Counted from the stretch's first letter, positions 49,475-60,173 are shown. The stretch: DNA of 64,000 nt from an uncultured candidate division Zixibacteria bacterium (GCA_963806185.1 CAWDXE010000001.1:288001-352000); one strand, 5' to 3'. The notes: generated by a model not told the origin, from the letters alone. Made by a program: numbers and translations.

Positions 49475-50257
49475 ATGACGACGAGGAAGATCACGGAAGT
49501 ACTGGGGATTGACATCGGCGGAACCGGGATCAAGGCGGCGCCCGTGAATATTCGTACGGGCCGAATGCTGGCCGAGGTTCACAGAGTTTTCACGCCGAAA
49601 CCGGCGACCCCCGCGGCCATTCGCGAGGCAGTCCGAGAAATGATGCGGCATTTCTCGTGGAAAGGGGGACTCGGCTGCGGTTACCCAGGCGTTGTGAAAA
49701 GCGGTGTCGCCTGGTCGGCTGTGCATATGGACAAGTCTTGGATTGGCACGAGCGTAGACAAGACACTTCAGCCGCTGAGTCGAATCCCGGTGAAAGTCGT
49801 GAATGATGCCGACGCCGCCGGGTTGGCCGAAATGCGCTTCGGCGCCGGACGGCGGCTCAATCGCAAAGATGGCGGAACCGTGTTCATTGTCACGCTCGGT
49901 ACCGGCATTGGCACGGCGATTTTCCACAATGGCCGGCTTCTCCCCAACACGGAATTCGGTCACTTCTATCTGAAGGAAGGCGAATCGGAGACGTTGGCCG
50001 CGGCCAGCAAGCGGGACAAACTCAAGCTCACCTGGCAAGAGTATGGCGGACGAGTCAATCTGGTCCTGAAGGAGCTTGAAAAGCTTGTCTCACCCGACCT
50101 GTTCATAGTCGGCGGCGGCGTGAGCGAGAATTTCGATCTATTCCGCAAGTACCTGAATGTACGCGCCGACGTTGTACCAGCACATATGGGAAACGATGCC
50201 GGCATAGTCGGCGCCGCGTATGCCGTGCAGTATCTGGGCAGGGATTTACGGAAATAG
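49475..50257 (+). CDS. ppgK: Polyphosphate glucokinase-like ROK family kinase
   Basis: [53 protein letters not shown]. Confidence 0.85.
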   Translation: MTTRKITEVLGIDIGGTGIKAAPVNIRTGRMLAEVHRVFTPKPATPAAIREAVREMMRHFSWKGGLGCGYPGVVKSGVAWSAVHMDKSWIGTSVDKTLQPLSRIPVKVVNDADAAGLAEMRFGAGRRLNRKDGGTVFIVTLGTGIGTAIFHNGRLLPNTEFGHFYLKEGESETLAAASKRDKLKLTWQEYGGRVNLVLKELEKLVSPDLFIVGGGVSENFDLFRKYLNVRADVVPAHMGNDAGIVGAAYAVQYLGRDLRK

Positions 50258-50266
50258 GCGTTTCGT

Positions 50267-50521
50267 CTACTTGTACTTCAGTTTCAGCGAGAGAATCGCC
50301 AGCGCTATGATCAACGTGACGACATTGGCGAGTATCACCGGCCACGAGTGCACCAGCAGTCCGTAAATGAGCCAGAGGAAGATGCCGCTGCTCAGGATGA
50401 TGAACATGAGCAGAGAAATGTCAGTGGTCGACTTGCTTTTCCAGGCCTTGAGAAATTGCGGGAAAAAAGCTGCGGTTGTCAGAGTACCAGCCACCAGCCC
50501 GAGTATCATGGTCGAATCCAT
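50267..50521 (-). CDS. SemiSWEET sugar transporter
   Basis: [38 protein letters not shown], 3 TM, 84 aa. Confidence 0.88.
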   Translation of the reverse strand: MDSTMILGLVAGTLTTAAFFPQFLKAWKSKSTTDISLLMFIILSSGIFLWLIYGLLVHSWPVILANVVTLIIALAILSLKLKYK

Positions 50522-50546
50522 AGCGAATGAACAGCCTCTCTTCACC

Positions 50547-51557
50547 CTAGCGGAACTGGTACCCGGCGCTAAACCTGATGGTCTCGTCGAGGTCGGGATG
50601 ATTGAGATAGGCAACGTCGAACGAGAAATGACGGTATTCCACACCTAAACCGGCCGTTAACCGGCCGATATCAGCTCCCACCCGGCCAAATACCATGTCG
50701 TGGTATCCGACCTCCAGTCCGTAGTGCATGTCCAATGACAGCTCACCGGACCAGTATTGCGCCGCCTCGCGCAGGCCGTCAAACCGGATATCACCGCTCA
50801 CCGCACCGCGTGCTATCCACTCCGACCAGCGGTGCGTGACCGACAGGCCCGGCTTCACGGCCGGCGAAATCGATTCGGAGTGTCCCGGAATATTGAACGT
50901 CTTGCCCGAGTAGCGGATGAAGCCACTGGTGATGTCGGTGATCATCAATCCAAGCTGGACATCGGGACCAACAACATAAACCGCCCCGGCGTCGAGACTC
51001 AACCCCCATCCGGTCTCGGTGGAGATGTCGCGATACAGAAACTTCCCCGTGAGTCCAACGTCCAGCCGCTCGCCGATCTTCCCGGCCACCGATCCGCCGA
51101 GCAGAAGGTCGCCGTGCGACTCTTCGCGTACGACTTCCGGACGCTGCCCCGGATCCATGGCGGTGATATCGATTCCGCCGCCGCCGAGATAATAGAGATA
51201 AAATCCAAACGACCTGATTGTTCCTGCGTCGCGGGGCCGAGCATCAACATACGAGATAAACTCGTGGTTAAGCAGCGATCCGAACGTCTCGCCGTGCATC
51301 ATCGTGACATACCGGCCCGACAGCGAGTTCATCCCGGCCGGATTCCAGTAGGCGGTTGACGCGTCAAACGGCCCGGCTGCACCGGCGCCGCCCAAGGCCA
51401 GGGTACGGCCACCGACACCCAGCGTGAAAGATTCACCGCTGTACTTCTCGGCATGGATTGCGGCAGGGCAAGCCATCAGCCAGGACAGCAGGATGAGTGC
51501 AGTCAAAGCGAAGCAGTCGATCCGGGGGCGAGTCACCAGCATGGTCTGTCTAAGCAT
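50547..51557 (-). CDS. PorV/PorQ-like outer-membrane beta-barrel
   Basis: LGVGGRTLALGGA..DASTAYWNPAG, C-terminal RFSAGYQF. Confidence 0.75.
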   Translation of the reverse strand: MLRQTMLVTRPRIDCFALTALILLSWLMACPAAIHAEKYSGESFTLGVGGRTLALGGAGAAGPFDASTAYWNPAGMNSLSGRYVTMMHGETFGSLLNHEFISYVDARPRDAGTIRSFGFYLYYLGGGGIDITAMDPGQRPEVVREESHGDLLLGGSVAGKIGERLDVGLTGKFLYRDISTETGWGLSLDAGAVYVVGPDVQLGLMITDITSGFIRYSGKTFNIPGHSESISPAVKPGLSVTHRWSEWIARGAVSGDIRFDGLREAAQYWSGELSLDMHYGLEVGYHDMVFGRVGADIGRLTAGLGVEYRHFSFDVAYLNHPDLDETIRFSAGYQFR

Positions 51558-51638
51558 CTCCTGGTTCTACGGAACTCAATGTCGGTAGATTAATAGATGA
51601 CGCTCGATTTGCCCATTCAATTAAACCGTTTCGGGAAT

Positions 51639-51666
51639 AAAAAAGGCGGGAGCGATTGCTCCCGCC
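51639..51666 (-). terminator. Intrinsic terminator after the HMA gene
   Basis: Minus strand GGCGGGAGC-AATC-GCTCCCGCC followed by T6. Confidence 0.8.
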
Positions 51667-51690
51667 GATCAGACTTGGAATGACAGGAAA

Positions 51691-52341
51691 TTAGTTGGGC
51701 TGCTTAGCGCTGGTTTCCTTAACCTCGACGCCGGTCTTGGCCGTGCAGCCTGCCTTGCCGCTCGCGTTGGCCGCGCCGGCCGCACAACAAGCTTTGCCGG
51801 TACCGCCGGTATTGGAGGACATGTGGGCAACAGCCGGCAAGATCTCAGCCTCGTAACCTTTGTTGGAGACGGCAGTCGCCAGCGTTTCCGTCTTGGCCTT
51901 GGTCGGGTCGACCAGTACGAGAGCCGCACCGTCCTTGTAGGAAATAGTCAGAACTTTTACAACACCCTGGACCTTGCTGAGCTCAGCGGTTACCGACGAT
52001 TCGCAACCACCGCAAGTCATCCCCTTGATCGACATCGGAACCAACTGCACCTGACCATCGTAATTGGCCAGTTTTGCCAGGTCGGCACTGCTCATTTCGC
52101 AATATTTCATCATCTCAGCTGAGCAATGCGCCGAGCAAGCTGCCTTGTCGCCGGTCATAGTGGCATTGGCACTCGTAGTTCCAGCTGTACATCCAGAAGC
52201 GCCAACCATCTTGGCGTCGACCGTGCCGGTGGAAGCCGACGTGGTGGCGGCATCTTTGCCTTCGCCGCAGGCGAAGATCGGAGCGGAGGCAAGCGAGACC
52301 ATCGCTACCATACCCATCGCAACAAATAGAGCTTTCTTCAC
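51691..52341 (-). CDS. Exported Cys-rich heavy-metal-associated (HMA) domain protein
   Basis: Signal peptide, GMTCGGC HMA motif, additional CSAHC and CC; AGGAG SD with GTG start. Confidence 0.82.
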   Translation of the reverse strand: MKKALFVAMGMVAMVSLASAPIFACGEGKDAATTSASTGTVDAKMVGASGCTAGTTSANATMTGDKAACSAHCSAEMMKYCEMSSADLAKLANYDGQVQLVPMSIKGMTCGGCESSVTAELSKVQGVVKVLTISYKDGAALVLVDPTKAKTETLATAVSNKGYEAEILPAVAHMSSNTGGTGKACCAAGAANASGKAGCTAKTGVEVKETSAKQPN

Positions 52342-52554
52342 AAGGTACTCCTTCTTGTACTTATGCTATTAACTTTGTAACTGTTTTCAATATAACAACT
52401 TCGCTGACAGCTTACACCCGCTTCAGTATCGCGGGTAGTTTTGCGTGTGCTGCTTCATTCCCTATTAAACCTATTTACCGGCTTGCGAGTTCCAGAATGT
52501 GCACAAAAGTAGTCTAGATTCATCTGTAAGGACGATATTTGCTTGCCATTTGTC

Positions 52555-52590
52555 AAATATATTCGTATATGCGGATACATGAATATTAGA
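52555..52590 (+). promoter_or_regulatory. Probable ars promoter and ArsR operator
   Basis: AT-rich imperfect inverted repeat ATATTCGTAT..ATACATGAATAT just upstream of acr3. Confidence 0.5.
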
Positions 52591-52604
52591 TCGAGAAGTG
52601 AGTC

Positions 52605-53666
52605 ATGACTCAATCAGTTGGCCGACGACTCTCTTTTTTGGACCGCTATCTCACCGTCTGGATTTTCGTCGCGATGGCGATCGGTGTGTTGATAGGGTAT
52701 CTGGTTCCGGAAGTCGACGGAATTTTGCAAAATTTTCAAGTAGGCACGACGAGCGTGCCGATTGCGATCGGTCTGATCCTTATGATGTACCCGCCGTTAG
52801 CCAAAGTTCGATACGAAGAGCTGGGCAAGGTATTTCGCGATCGAAAGGTGCTGGCCCTGTCGCTTCTGCAGAACTGGTTGATCGGCCCGATTCTGATGTT
52901 TTTCCTGGCGATCGCTTTTCTGCACGACTACCCGTCGTACATGGTCGGCCTCATTATGATCGGGCTGGCCCGCTGTATCGCCATGGTGATCGTGTGGAAC
53001 GAACTGGCCAAGGGTGACACTGAATACGCCGCCGGTCTGGTGGCGTTCAACAGCATTTTTCAGGTGCTCTTCTTCAGCCTGTACGCATACGTCTTCATCA
53101 CCGTACTCCCCCCGTATTTCGGGCTGAGCGGCGAGGTAGTCGAAGTGTCCATGAGGCAGATAGCGCAATCAGTGTTCATCTATCTGGGCATCCCCTTCCT
53201 CGCCGGCATGATCACGAGGTTTGTGGCACTCAGGACCAAAGGGCGCGAGTGGTATGAACATCGGTTCATCCCGCGCATATCGCCGATTACGCTGATCGCA
53301 CTGCTGTTTACGATCCTGGTCATGTTCAGTCTCAAAGGAAGCCTCATCGTGACGATACCGCTGGACGTGGTCCGAATTGCCATACCCCTCTTCATCTACT
53401 TCGTGGTCATGTTCCTTATCAGTTTCTGGCTGGGGAGGAAAGTCGGGGCCGACTATTCGCAAACCGCCACCCTCTCTCTGACGGCGGCAAGCAACAACTT
53501 CGAACTGGCCATAGCCGTAGCCGTGGCTGTCTTCGGACTGAATTCGGGTGCGGCCTTCGCGGCGGTTATCGGACCGTTAGTCGAAGTACCGGTGCTGATC
53601 GGGCTGGTCAACGTGGCACTGTACTTTCAGAAGAAGTATTTTGCCGAGGGAGAAGCGTCGGTGTGA
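52605..53666 (+). CDS. acr3: ACR3 family arsenite efflux transporter
   Basis: [55 protein letters not shown]. Confidence 0.95.
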   Translation: MTQSVGRRLSFLDRYLTVWIFVAMAIGVLIGYLVPEVDGILQNFQVGTTSVPIAIGLILMMYPPLAKVRYEELGKVFRDRKVLALSLLQNWLIGPILMFFLAIAFLHDYPSYMVGLIMIGLARCIAMVIVWNELAKGDTEYAAGLVAFNSIFQVLFFSLYAYVFITVLPPYFGLSGEVVEVSMRQIAQSVFIYLGIPFLAGMITRFVALRTKGREWYEHRFIPRISPITLIALLFTILVMFSLKGSLIVTIPLDVVRIAIPLFIYFVVMFLISFWLGRKVGADYSQTATLSLTAASNNFELAIAVAVAVFGLNSGAAFAAVIGPLVEVPVLIGLVNVALYFQKKYFAEGEASV

Positions 53667-53998
53667 GCAAGCCGCACGAACAATTCAAAGCTCTGGCGGA
53701 TCAGACCCGCCTGCGTATTGCCGTGCTTCTCACCGAGGGGGAGCTGTGCGTTTGCGACATTCTGGCCGTATTGCATCTCCCCCAATCAACCGTCTCACGC
53801 CAATTGGCGATCATGAAATCAGCCGGATTGGTGGCCGACCGCCGCAACAGCCGCTGGGTCTATTACCGGCTGCAGGAGAATGCGCTCAACGACGCCGTCC
53901 GACCCTATTTGGTTGGATCTCTGGCGATTCAATCGCCCCACACCGAAGACTTGTCATCTCTGAAATCGCGTCGCGATTTGAATGAGTGCCGATCATGA
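53663..53998 (+). CDS. arsR: ArsR/SmtB family repressor
   Basis: [27 protein letters not shown]. Confidence 0.9.
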   Translation: MSKPHEQFKALADQTRLRIAVLLTEGELCVCDILAVLHLPQSTVSRQLAIMKSAGLVADRRNSRWVYYRLQENALNDAVRPYLVGSLAIQSPHTEDLSSLKSRRDLNECRS

Positions 53999-54438
53999 CG
54001 GTGAAGCCAGGCTGGATTCGCATCCTTGTGCTGTGCACGGGAAACTCCTGCCGATCGCAGATGGCCGAGGGCTTCTTTCGGCATTATGGCGGAGCGGCCA
54101 TCGAGGTCTGTTCGGCCGGAACCAAGCCTCAGGGAATACACCCGCGGGCAATTCGCGTGATGGGCGAGCGCGGCATTGATCTATCGGTTCACCGTTCACA
54201 ACACGTCGATGAATACGTTGGTCAGACCTTTGACTACGTCATTACCGTCTGTGATAACGCGGCCGCCAATTGTCCCGCCTTTCCCGGGGACGGCAAGCGC
54301 CTGCACTGGCCCTTTAATGATCCGGCTGCGGCCATCGGCTCCGAGGACACAATTCTGGGCGACTTCCGACGCGTGCGCGATCAGATCGAGGCGCAGGTCA
54401 GACGATGGCTATCCGAAAACGTGTCGATCGGTAAGTGA
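53995..54438 (+). CDS. arsC: Arsenate reductase (LMW-PTP fold)
   Basis: CTGNSCRSQMAEG, ITVCD..CP, HWPFNDP, FRRVRDQI. Confidence 0.92.
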   Translation: MTVKPGWIRILVLCTGNSCRSQMAEGFFRHYGGAAIEVCSAGTKPQGIHPRAIRVMGERGIDLSVHRSQHVDEYVGQTFDYVITVCDNAAANCPAFPGDGKRLHWPFNDPAAAIGSEDTILGDFRRVRDQIEAQVRRWLSENVSIGK

Positions 54439-54454
54439 CATCGGGCAGTCTCAA

Positions 54455-56800
54455 TCATAGTCGCCACAAATACTGCAATTTGACGAACACCTGTCGCGAG
54501 GACAATTCCCACTGCGAGTCGCTCAGTTCCGTGTCGGAATCCACTCGATCATAATACTTGTAGCGGCTGTTTATGCCCGCGTAGAAGATCGTGAACGGGT
54601 TCAATTGGTATGAAATGAATGGTTCGATGTCGAGGCGATCTTTGAACTGGTCGTATTGGATGACTGTTCGCAGGTACCATTCCCGAGTGAATTGATAGGT
54701 GAGGCGGGTACGCAGGATATACCCTTTGAAGATCTCGGGATCGGTACCCGGGTGGGCGTCAAGGTACTTGCGTTCGTGCCGCATCTGAGCGAAACTAATC
54801 GACGGCGCCACGTAGAAGCGTTTCGTCGGTCTGATATTGAGATAGAAATACAGGTTGAACTGGCGTCCCATCACCGGCACGTCGAGGTTGCGCGCGATGC
54901 TCCGCCCGAACGTGGTATTACCGCCGAAGGCAACCCACTCGATATATCGGTTTTCCAGGACAAAGGTGACTCTGCTGATGCCTTCGAATGTTCGCGAACG
55001 AAACACCTCGTGGCTGTTCAGATAGTTGATTTCCACATCGGTCTGTCCGGCCAGTTCTGCGTTGACGCCGATCACTGCCCATCCATCCCGGAATCGTTTG
55101 ATCGGATCGTTATATCGCCAGACATGGGCGATTTCCATCCACGGTACCCAGCTGCGCAACCAGCTCTTGTTCGGTTGATATTCCAGGTTGGCTTCGGTGC
55201 TGATCTGGCGGTAGTCGTTCTGAACGACAAAACCGTTGTCGGAGCGAAAGGTGGGGCTGAAATCGAGATATCGGAGCTCGACGCCATAGTGACGCGTGTT
55301 GCGCTCGAGGTTCAGGAAGGAGGCATGGCCCCAGTATTTCTCGCCGTCGAACGACGTGGTGTGCCGGCCGTAGTCGAAAGTTTTGCCGTTTATTCCGGAG
55401 GAGAGGGCCGTGTCATGCGGTTCTTCGGTGCGACTGATGACGGTCTGGAATTCAATAGCGTTGTTGCCCCAGAACCGAATGGTGCCGTCGACACCGGCAT
55501 CTGAGCCGGAGCCACCATCGTCGAGGCGGCGATCAGTCATAAGCATACCAAGATAGGAACCACCGGGAAGCGCATGGCGCACGCGCAGGATATTGGACCA
55601 GCTCTTCCCGCCCGCAAAGAAGTCGCTCTCTTCAGCAGATGGGACAAGGATGGGCGAATGGCGGTCACGAGCGAACGTATAGGCGATGCTTGTCTCCCCC
55701 GGCCTACCGACGAATTTGGCCGCCACATCCGGATCGTTGATCGAACGCGTGTAGATTGAAGAAATCCAGGTGTTGTAAAGATCCGCCCCCTCGGCGAAGA
55801 ACGGACGGGCTTCCGAGAAGGACAAGGCGAAAGTGGAATTCACGTCAATTTGCCCGGCATCCGATTCTACCTGGCTGAAATCCGGATTGATGGTTGCTTC
55901 CAGAGTGGAGCTCGACGTCACACCGTATTTGAGCGTGACGGAAGCGTCAGCGTTCAGATTCTTGCTATCAAACCTGGAACCAGGCATGGAGTCGTTAAGC
56001 CGAGCGCCTGATTGAGTAGCGATCAGGTTAGGGAGAATCTCGAGGTTGGTTGAAGGTTTGATGCCGCGAATCCCGGTCAATGTCCCCCAGTTGCAGAGAA
56101 AGCAGGGATCGTTGCGGTCCTGGGCGGACCAGGCATAGCGATAGCGGGCGTCACGCTGACGGTCGCGCCAGACCTGGCAGCGCCAGGTTTGTTCTTCTTT
56201 ATCGGGGAAGCGCAGACTGGAAAACGGGATGGCCAATTCGACCTGATAGCCGCTGTCGGTAACCGTGCCGCGCGAGTCGAATATCAGGTTATAGCTGATG
56301 TCCTCGTCGCCGTTGGAATTGGTGATACGCAAATCACCCTGGAGGCCATAAGGATTGACGAAGATCTCGTACGCCGAGTTGTTGTCGCCGTAACAGTCAA
56401 GCAAGATACCGATATAGTCGTCGGAAAAGATATTGTCACGATCACGCCAGTGCACGCGGACTGCGTCGGGAACATCGTGAGCGACAAGGGCAACGTACAG
56501 GTTGTGATCGTCGTAGCATATGCGGAATTCTGACTTAACGGCGGGACGGATTTGATCTCCGGGATTGACCTCCTGGAAATAGTCGGAATGTCCGGCTGAT
56601 TGCCAGGCGGCATCGGTCATGGCACCGTCGATCTCAATTGGCGAGGCGATCCGCGGAACTTCAAGGCTCGGTTTGAAATGGGGGATAAAGGTGGTGTCGT
56701 TTACCTGGGCGTAGGCGGGAGAGAAGAATTGGACAAGGGAGAGGACTGCGAGCAGCGTAACGATGCAATGGCGTCGCACCTCCGGGTGATGTCGCTTCAT
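54455..56800 (-). CDS. CBM9-like + DUF5916 outer-membrane protein
   Basis: IEIDGAMTDAAW, YDDHNLYV, NPYGLQGD, ELAIPFSSLRF, NPDFSQVESD, EARPFFAEG, FVKLQYLW. Confidence 0.82.
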   Translation of the reverse strand: MKRHHPEVRRHCIVTLLAVLSLVQFFSPAYAQVNDTTFIPHFKPSLEVPRIASPIEIDGAMTDAAWQSAGHSDYFQEVNPGDQIRPAVKSEFRICYDDHNLYVALVAHDVPDAVRVHWRDRDNIFSDDYIGILLDCYGDNNSAYEIFVNPYGLQGDLRITNSNGDEDISYNLIFDSRGTVTDSGYQVELAIPFSSLRFPDKEEQTWRCQVWRDRQRDARYRYAWSAQDRNDPCFLCNWGTLTGIRGIKPSTNLEILPNLIATQSGARLNDSMPGSRFDSKNLNADASVTLKYGVTSSSTLEATINPDFSQVESDAGQIDVNSTFALSFSEARPFFAEGADLYNTWISSIYTRSINDPDVAAKFVGRPGETSIAYTFARDRHSPILVPSAEESDFFAGGKSWSNILRVRHALPGGSYLGMLMTDRRLDDGGSGSDAGVDGTIRFWGNNAIEFQTVISRTEEPHDTALSSGINGKTFDYGRHTTSFDGEKYWGHASFLNLERNTRHYGVELRYLDFSPTFRSDNGFVVQNDYRQISTEANLEYQPNKSWLRSWVPWMEIAHVWRYNDPIKRFRDGWAVIGVNAELAGQTDVEINYLNSHEVFRSRTFEGISRVTFVLENRYIEWVAFGGNTTFGRSIARNLDVPVMGRQFNLYFYLNIRPTKRFYVAPSISFAQMRHERKYLDAHPGTDPEIFKGYILRTRLTYQFTREWYLRTVIQYDQFKDRLDIEPFISYQLNPFTIFYAGINSRYKYYDRVDSDTELSDSQWELSSRQVFVKLQYLWRL

Positions 56801-56896
56801 GAGTCCTCCATAAGTGCCTGACAACTGGAAAGGCAGTCCGAGGTGTACTCCGACTTACGATGCGGTCACGACCATTGTTTCGATATATGAACGGCC

Positions 56897-56929
56897 AAAA
56901 GAAGAAAGCCCCGATCACTCGGGGCCTTT
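56897..56929 (-). terminator. Terminator after the STAS gene
   Basis: GCCCCGA-TCAC-TCGGGGC stem flanked by A/T runs. Confidence 0.65.
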
Positions 56930-56958
56930 CGCCAAACTCCGACAAATTCTGTGATGGC

Positions 56959-57294
56959 CTATGACAGCGCCTTGATGGCGGCGTCGCGGGAATCGTAGTG
57001 CTCAAACACGCTGATGAGGCGGGTGATCGTCAGCACTGATTCGATCTTAGTGATGTTAGCCAGGACCAGACGGCCGCCGGCATTCTTCACGGTGGTGAGG
57101 GCAGAAATAAGCATACCCAACCCAACCGAATTCATCCAGTCGACCTTGGCCAGATCGACGACGACCTTCTTCTTGTTCTGGTTGATGTACTCGTGAATCT
57201 TGCCGTGGAACATGGTGGTCTCTTCGCCACCCATGATTTTTCCCGAAACGTCAAGAATGAGAATGTCCCCTTGGAGATGATCTTCAAATTTCAT
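56959..57294 (-). CDS. STAS domain anti-sigma factor antagonist
   Basis: VVVDLAKVDWMNSVGLGMLIS..GGRLVLAN. Confidence 0.9.
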   Translation of the reverse strand: MKFEDHLQGDILILDVSGKIMGGEETTMFHGKIHEYINQNKKKVVVDLAKVDWMNSVGLGMLISALTTVKNAGGRLVLANITKIESVLTITRLISVFEHYDSRDAAIKALS

Positions 57295-57476
57295 GCGCAG
57301 TAGCCTCTATTTAAAATTATTCCTTTTCCCGTTGAACCTCACCCTCCGTGGCGCCGGCAGCAAAAACCGCGACGAAACAGGGATAAGTCGTGGTAAGATA
57401 GTCGCTTCGGCTTCCGAAGCAAGCGGTTTTTCGATCCTTCCAGATCGCGAGTTTCGTTACCCCCCAGAGTTGGTCA

Positions 57477-57510
57477 AATAAAAAAGCGCCAGTTGAAGTG
57501 GCGCTTTCTT
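57477..57510 (-). terminator. Orphan intrinsic terminator, possibly bidirectional
   Basis: Minus strand AAAGCGCCACT-TCA-ACTGGCGCTTTTTTATTT. Confidence 0.7.
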
Positions 57511-58089
57511 ATCTTAGGAAGGGATGCGGCTTGCCTTCGCATCTCAGTATGATAACTGAGACCAGAATACAGAATTGAGATTCTCAATTGTCATGCAGAT
57601 GTCACAAATTCTGACTTTTTGTGAGGTCCAGTCGATTCTTCTGTGTCCCATCAGGCCCGGTTAAGATACTGTGCAATAATCAAATACCGACAACTTCCGC
57701 TGCCAGAACTGCCCCTCTGAGCATCTCCTCGAGACTCCCACCTGATGCTGTTCAATCGCCAGGTCAGTGTAGAATTTCGCCCACCGTCAGATAGAGCGAA
57801 GTTTCCCGCATGCTCCAAACAGCGAACCTAACCCGGGAGTCAAAGCGACGATACATTTCATCCGTCATCAGCGAACATACTTTTATGATCTGTTGTCTGA
57901 CCCCGTCGACGAAACAGAAGTCGAGCGATATGTATCGCTAATTGATGGTGAACTTACGTGTCCACCTCCCATTTCGATGTTCAGCTTGTACTCGAAGACT
58001 CTCCGCAAAGTCAGGCATCCTCTCACTTCCGCACGGTTGGCTATGCAAACGACGCTGCACTCCAGTGAGGTGCCGGCTTGATAAATCGG

Positions 58090-58117
58090 TTGACACTGGT
58101 GAATCGGTCACTATTTT
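58090..58117 (+). promoter_or_regulatory. Sigma70-type promoter of the tRNA-Lys pair
   Basis: TTGACA-16 nt-TATTTT about 35 nt upstream of the first tRNA. Confidence 0.6.
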
Positions 58118-58150
58118 AGAGGGCCGATAAGGGCAACCTAAGCAAATCTT

Positions 58151-58222
58151 GGGGGTGTAGCTCAGTGGTAGAGCACCTGCCTTTTAAGCAGGGAGTCGAA
58201 GGTTCAATCCCTTCCACCCTCA
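58151..58222 (+). tRNA. tRNA-Lys(TTT)
   Basis: GGGGGTG/CACCCTC acceptor, TAGCTCAGTGGTAGAGC, CCTGC-CTTTTAA-GCAGG, GGTTCAATCC; CCA not encoded. Confidence 0.95.
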
Positions 58223-58235
58223 TATCGAGCATAAT

Positions 58236-58308
58236 GCGCCATTAGCTCAGCTGGTAGAGCAACTGACTCTTAATCAGTGGGTCCGGGGTTCGAGTCCCTG
58301 ATGGCGCA
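58236..58308 (+). tRNA. tRNA-Lys(CTT)
   Basis: GCGCCAT/ATGGCGC acceptor, ACTGA-CTCTTAA-TCAGT, GGTTCGAGTCC; CCA not encoded. Confidence 0.95.
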
Positions 58309-58342
58309 TTTTTCTTTGCCCTTCGCTTCCCGGAGGCCTGTT

Positions 58343-60085
58343 TTATTGCCACGGGATCTTTCCTTTCCTTCTATCCTTTGTCGCAAGCAATTCCGGCGTT
58401 TGATCATACCCCAGTGTCTTTAGCTCATCGCGGACGAGCGTCACTAGTCGTTCGAAAGTCAGGCCCGGTCTCTTTTTGCGCTCGGCTCTGATCGCTTTTG
58501 CCAGAGAATAGGTGAAGGCGCCGTACGAGGTCACACCGTGCCGGTACTCCGACGCCAATTCTCCTTCAGCGCAGGCCGACAAGATGGTCGGCAGATACGG
58601 GCCGTGATGGCCGAGTGCCGTTCTGACACGGTCGTAGTCGTGGTTGGAGAGTGACCTCAGGTTGATGCCTCGACCCAGGCGATGGTTGGCCCGGGATTGA
58701 CCGAGATACAGCGCCCCGTCCTTGTGGTCGGCGAGCGATTTATTGGGAGGTGTGAAGCGGCGATCCACCCACATTTGGTGTTTGGACTCCCACTTGAGGG
58801 CTCGATGACGAATGTCGTCGGGAGGGGTCAGGCCTCGGACTCGACTGCCACCGTCTCGTGACATGCCCCCTGAGTGGCAACAGTCCAAAACCATCATGAA
58901 GGTCGATTCGTAGGGGAGCTGGCTGTACAACTCCAGCAATTCGTCGTCGCAAATGGCCCGCTCCTTCGTCCAGTCAAAGTCATACGGCACCAAACACTCA
59001 TCCTGCCGGTCGACTGTTTCATTGGCACCGTACCCCGGTATCTGGGCTCCGTGTCCGCTGTAAAAGAACAGGCGTTCGTCGCCGGCCTTCACACCCTCCA
59101 GGAGCCAGGAAAGTCGGGAGCGCATCCCCGAGGCAGTCGCGCGATCATCAAATACCACTCGAATATCCTCGGGAGCCACGCCACTCTCCTGAAGAACGGA
59201 ACTCATGAGAAATACGTCGTTCAGGCAGCCGCTCAACTGATCTCGACTGTCGGGATAGTCATTAATGCCAACCAGGAGCGCCCTGCGATTGGGTGTACGG
59301 ACGACTTTTGTAAACGATCGGGTACTCTCTGTCAGCCTCCGATACGTTGGCTCATTGGCAATGCCACCCCACGCCTCACCGGTATTGGGATGAGAGAGAT
59401 ACGCCGAAGCATCATGATCGCCAAAGCCGGCCAAATCGAACTCGGTCGTCAATTGAGTGAAATTGTCGGCCTCGAGCCTCAGCGGTGCCGTCAGAACATC
59501 ATCGTTTTTGTTGTACAAGTGGAACCATTTTCGACAAGGGATGACGGAGAGCCGTCCGCCGAAAATACTCCGGACAAACGGATTGCCTATCTGTGAACCG
59601 AAAGTGAGTAACACGGATTTGGACTGGTCAGACGAACGAATAAACGTGTCGTAACAGATGAGTGACCCGAGGCTGTGAGCGGCCACGGCATTCGGTCGGA
59701 AGTCACGAATCTCAGTCGACAAACGGCCGCGCAGTTTCTCTCGAAGCGGTTCACTCTCTGCCCACTGCGCCACCATTCCGGCTGTCCAGCGGAGCCGGTC
59801 AGGCAGTGAAAAGAGACCCCGCTCTCTCGGGTGCAACAGGTCGGTGACACCGTAGTAGATACCACTCCCAAACATTTTCGCAAGCGTCTTCAACAATTCC
59901 CCGGTGTGGATCGGTTCCGCCGCAAACAGTTCATCGTAGAGAAAAAAGCGGCACTCGATCTCCGCTTCCGGTCTCCAATCGCGAATCCCCTTCTCAATGG
60001 GGTAGCTCCAGTTGGTCTTCCAGTCGTCACCCATGTGGTGACCGCCGACTCCGTGAACACACAACAAGCGAATCTTCTCTGCCAT
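58343..60085 (-). CDS. Alpha/beta-hydrolase fused to a caspase-family (C14) protease
   Basis: N-domain VHGVG, AHSLGS, TFGS, NDDVL, DHDASAY; C-domain RALLVGINDYP..LSGCLND, FYSGHG, DECLVPYD, LDCCHSGG, GAFTYSL; GGAGG SD. Confidence 0.9.
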   Translation of the reverse strand: MAEKIRLLCVHGVGGHHMGDDWKTNWSYPIEKGIRDWRPEAEIECRFFLYDELFAAEPIHTGELLKTLAKMFGSGIYYGVTDLLHPRERGLFSLPDRLRWTAGMVAQWAESEPLREKLRGRLSTEIRDFRPNAVAAHSLGSLICYDTFIRSSDQSKSVLLTFGSQIGNPFVRSIFGGRLSVIPCRKWFHLYNKNDDVLTAPLRLEADNFTQLTTEFDLAGFGDHDASAYLSHPNTGEAWGGIANEPTYRRLTESTRSFTKVVRTPNRRALLVGINDYPDSRDQLSGCLNDVFLMSSVLQESGVAPEDIRVVFDDRATASGMRSRLSWLLEGVKAGDERLFFYSGHGAQIPGYGANETVDRQDECLVPYDFDWTKERAICDDELLELYSQLPYESTFMMVLDCCHSGGMSRDGGSRVRGLTPPDDIRHRALKWESKHQMWVDRRFTPPNKSLADHKDGALYLGQSRANHRLGRGINLRSLSNHDYDRVRTALGHHGPYLPTILSACAEGELASEYRHGVTSYGAFTYSLAKAIRAERKKRPGLTFERLVTLVRDELKTLGYDQTPELLATKDRRKGKIPWQ

Positions 60086-60173
60086 AATACCACCTCCTTG
60101 GGTCTGACTATGCATGCCTAAGCTGCAACTGCAAATGACACCGTCCCATGGTGACTCCTGCCGGGCCCATTGC

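Noticed and set aside
48884..50038. 384-aa minus-strand ORF, and similar long antisense ORFs at 18274-19248 and 42322-43269
   Set aside because: Shadow frames opposite well-supported genes in GC-rich DNA
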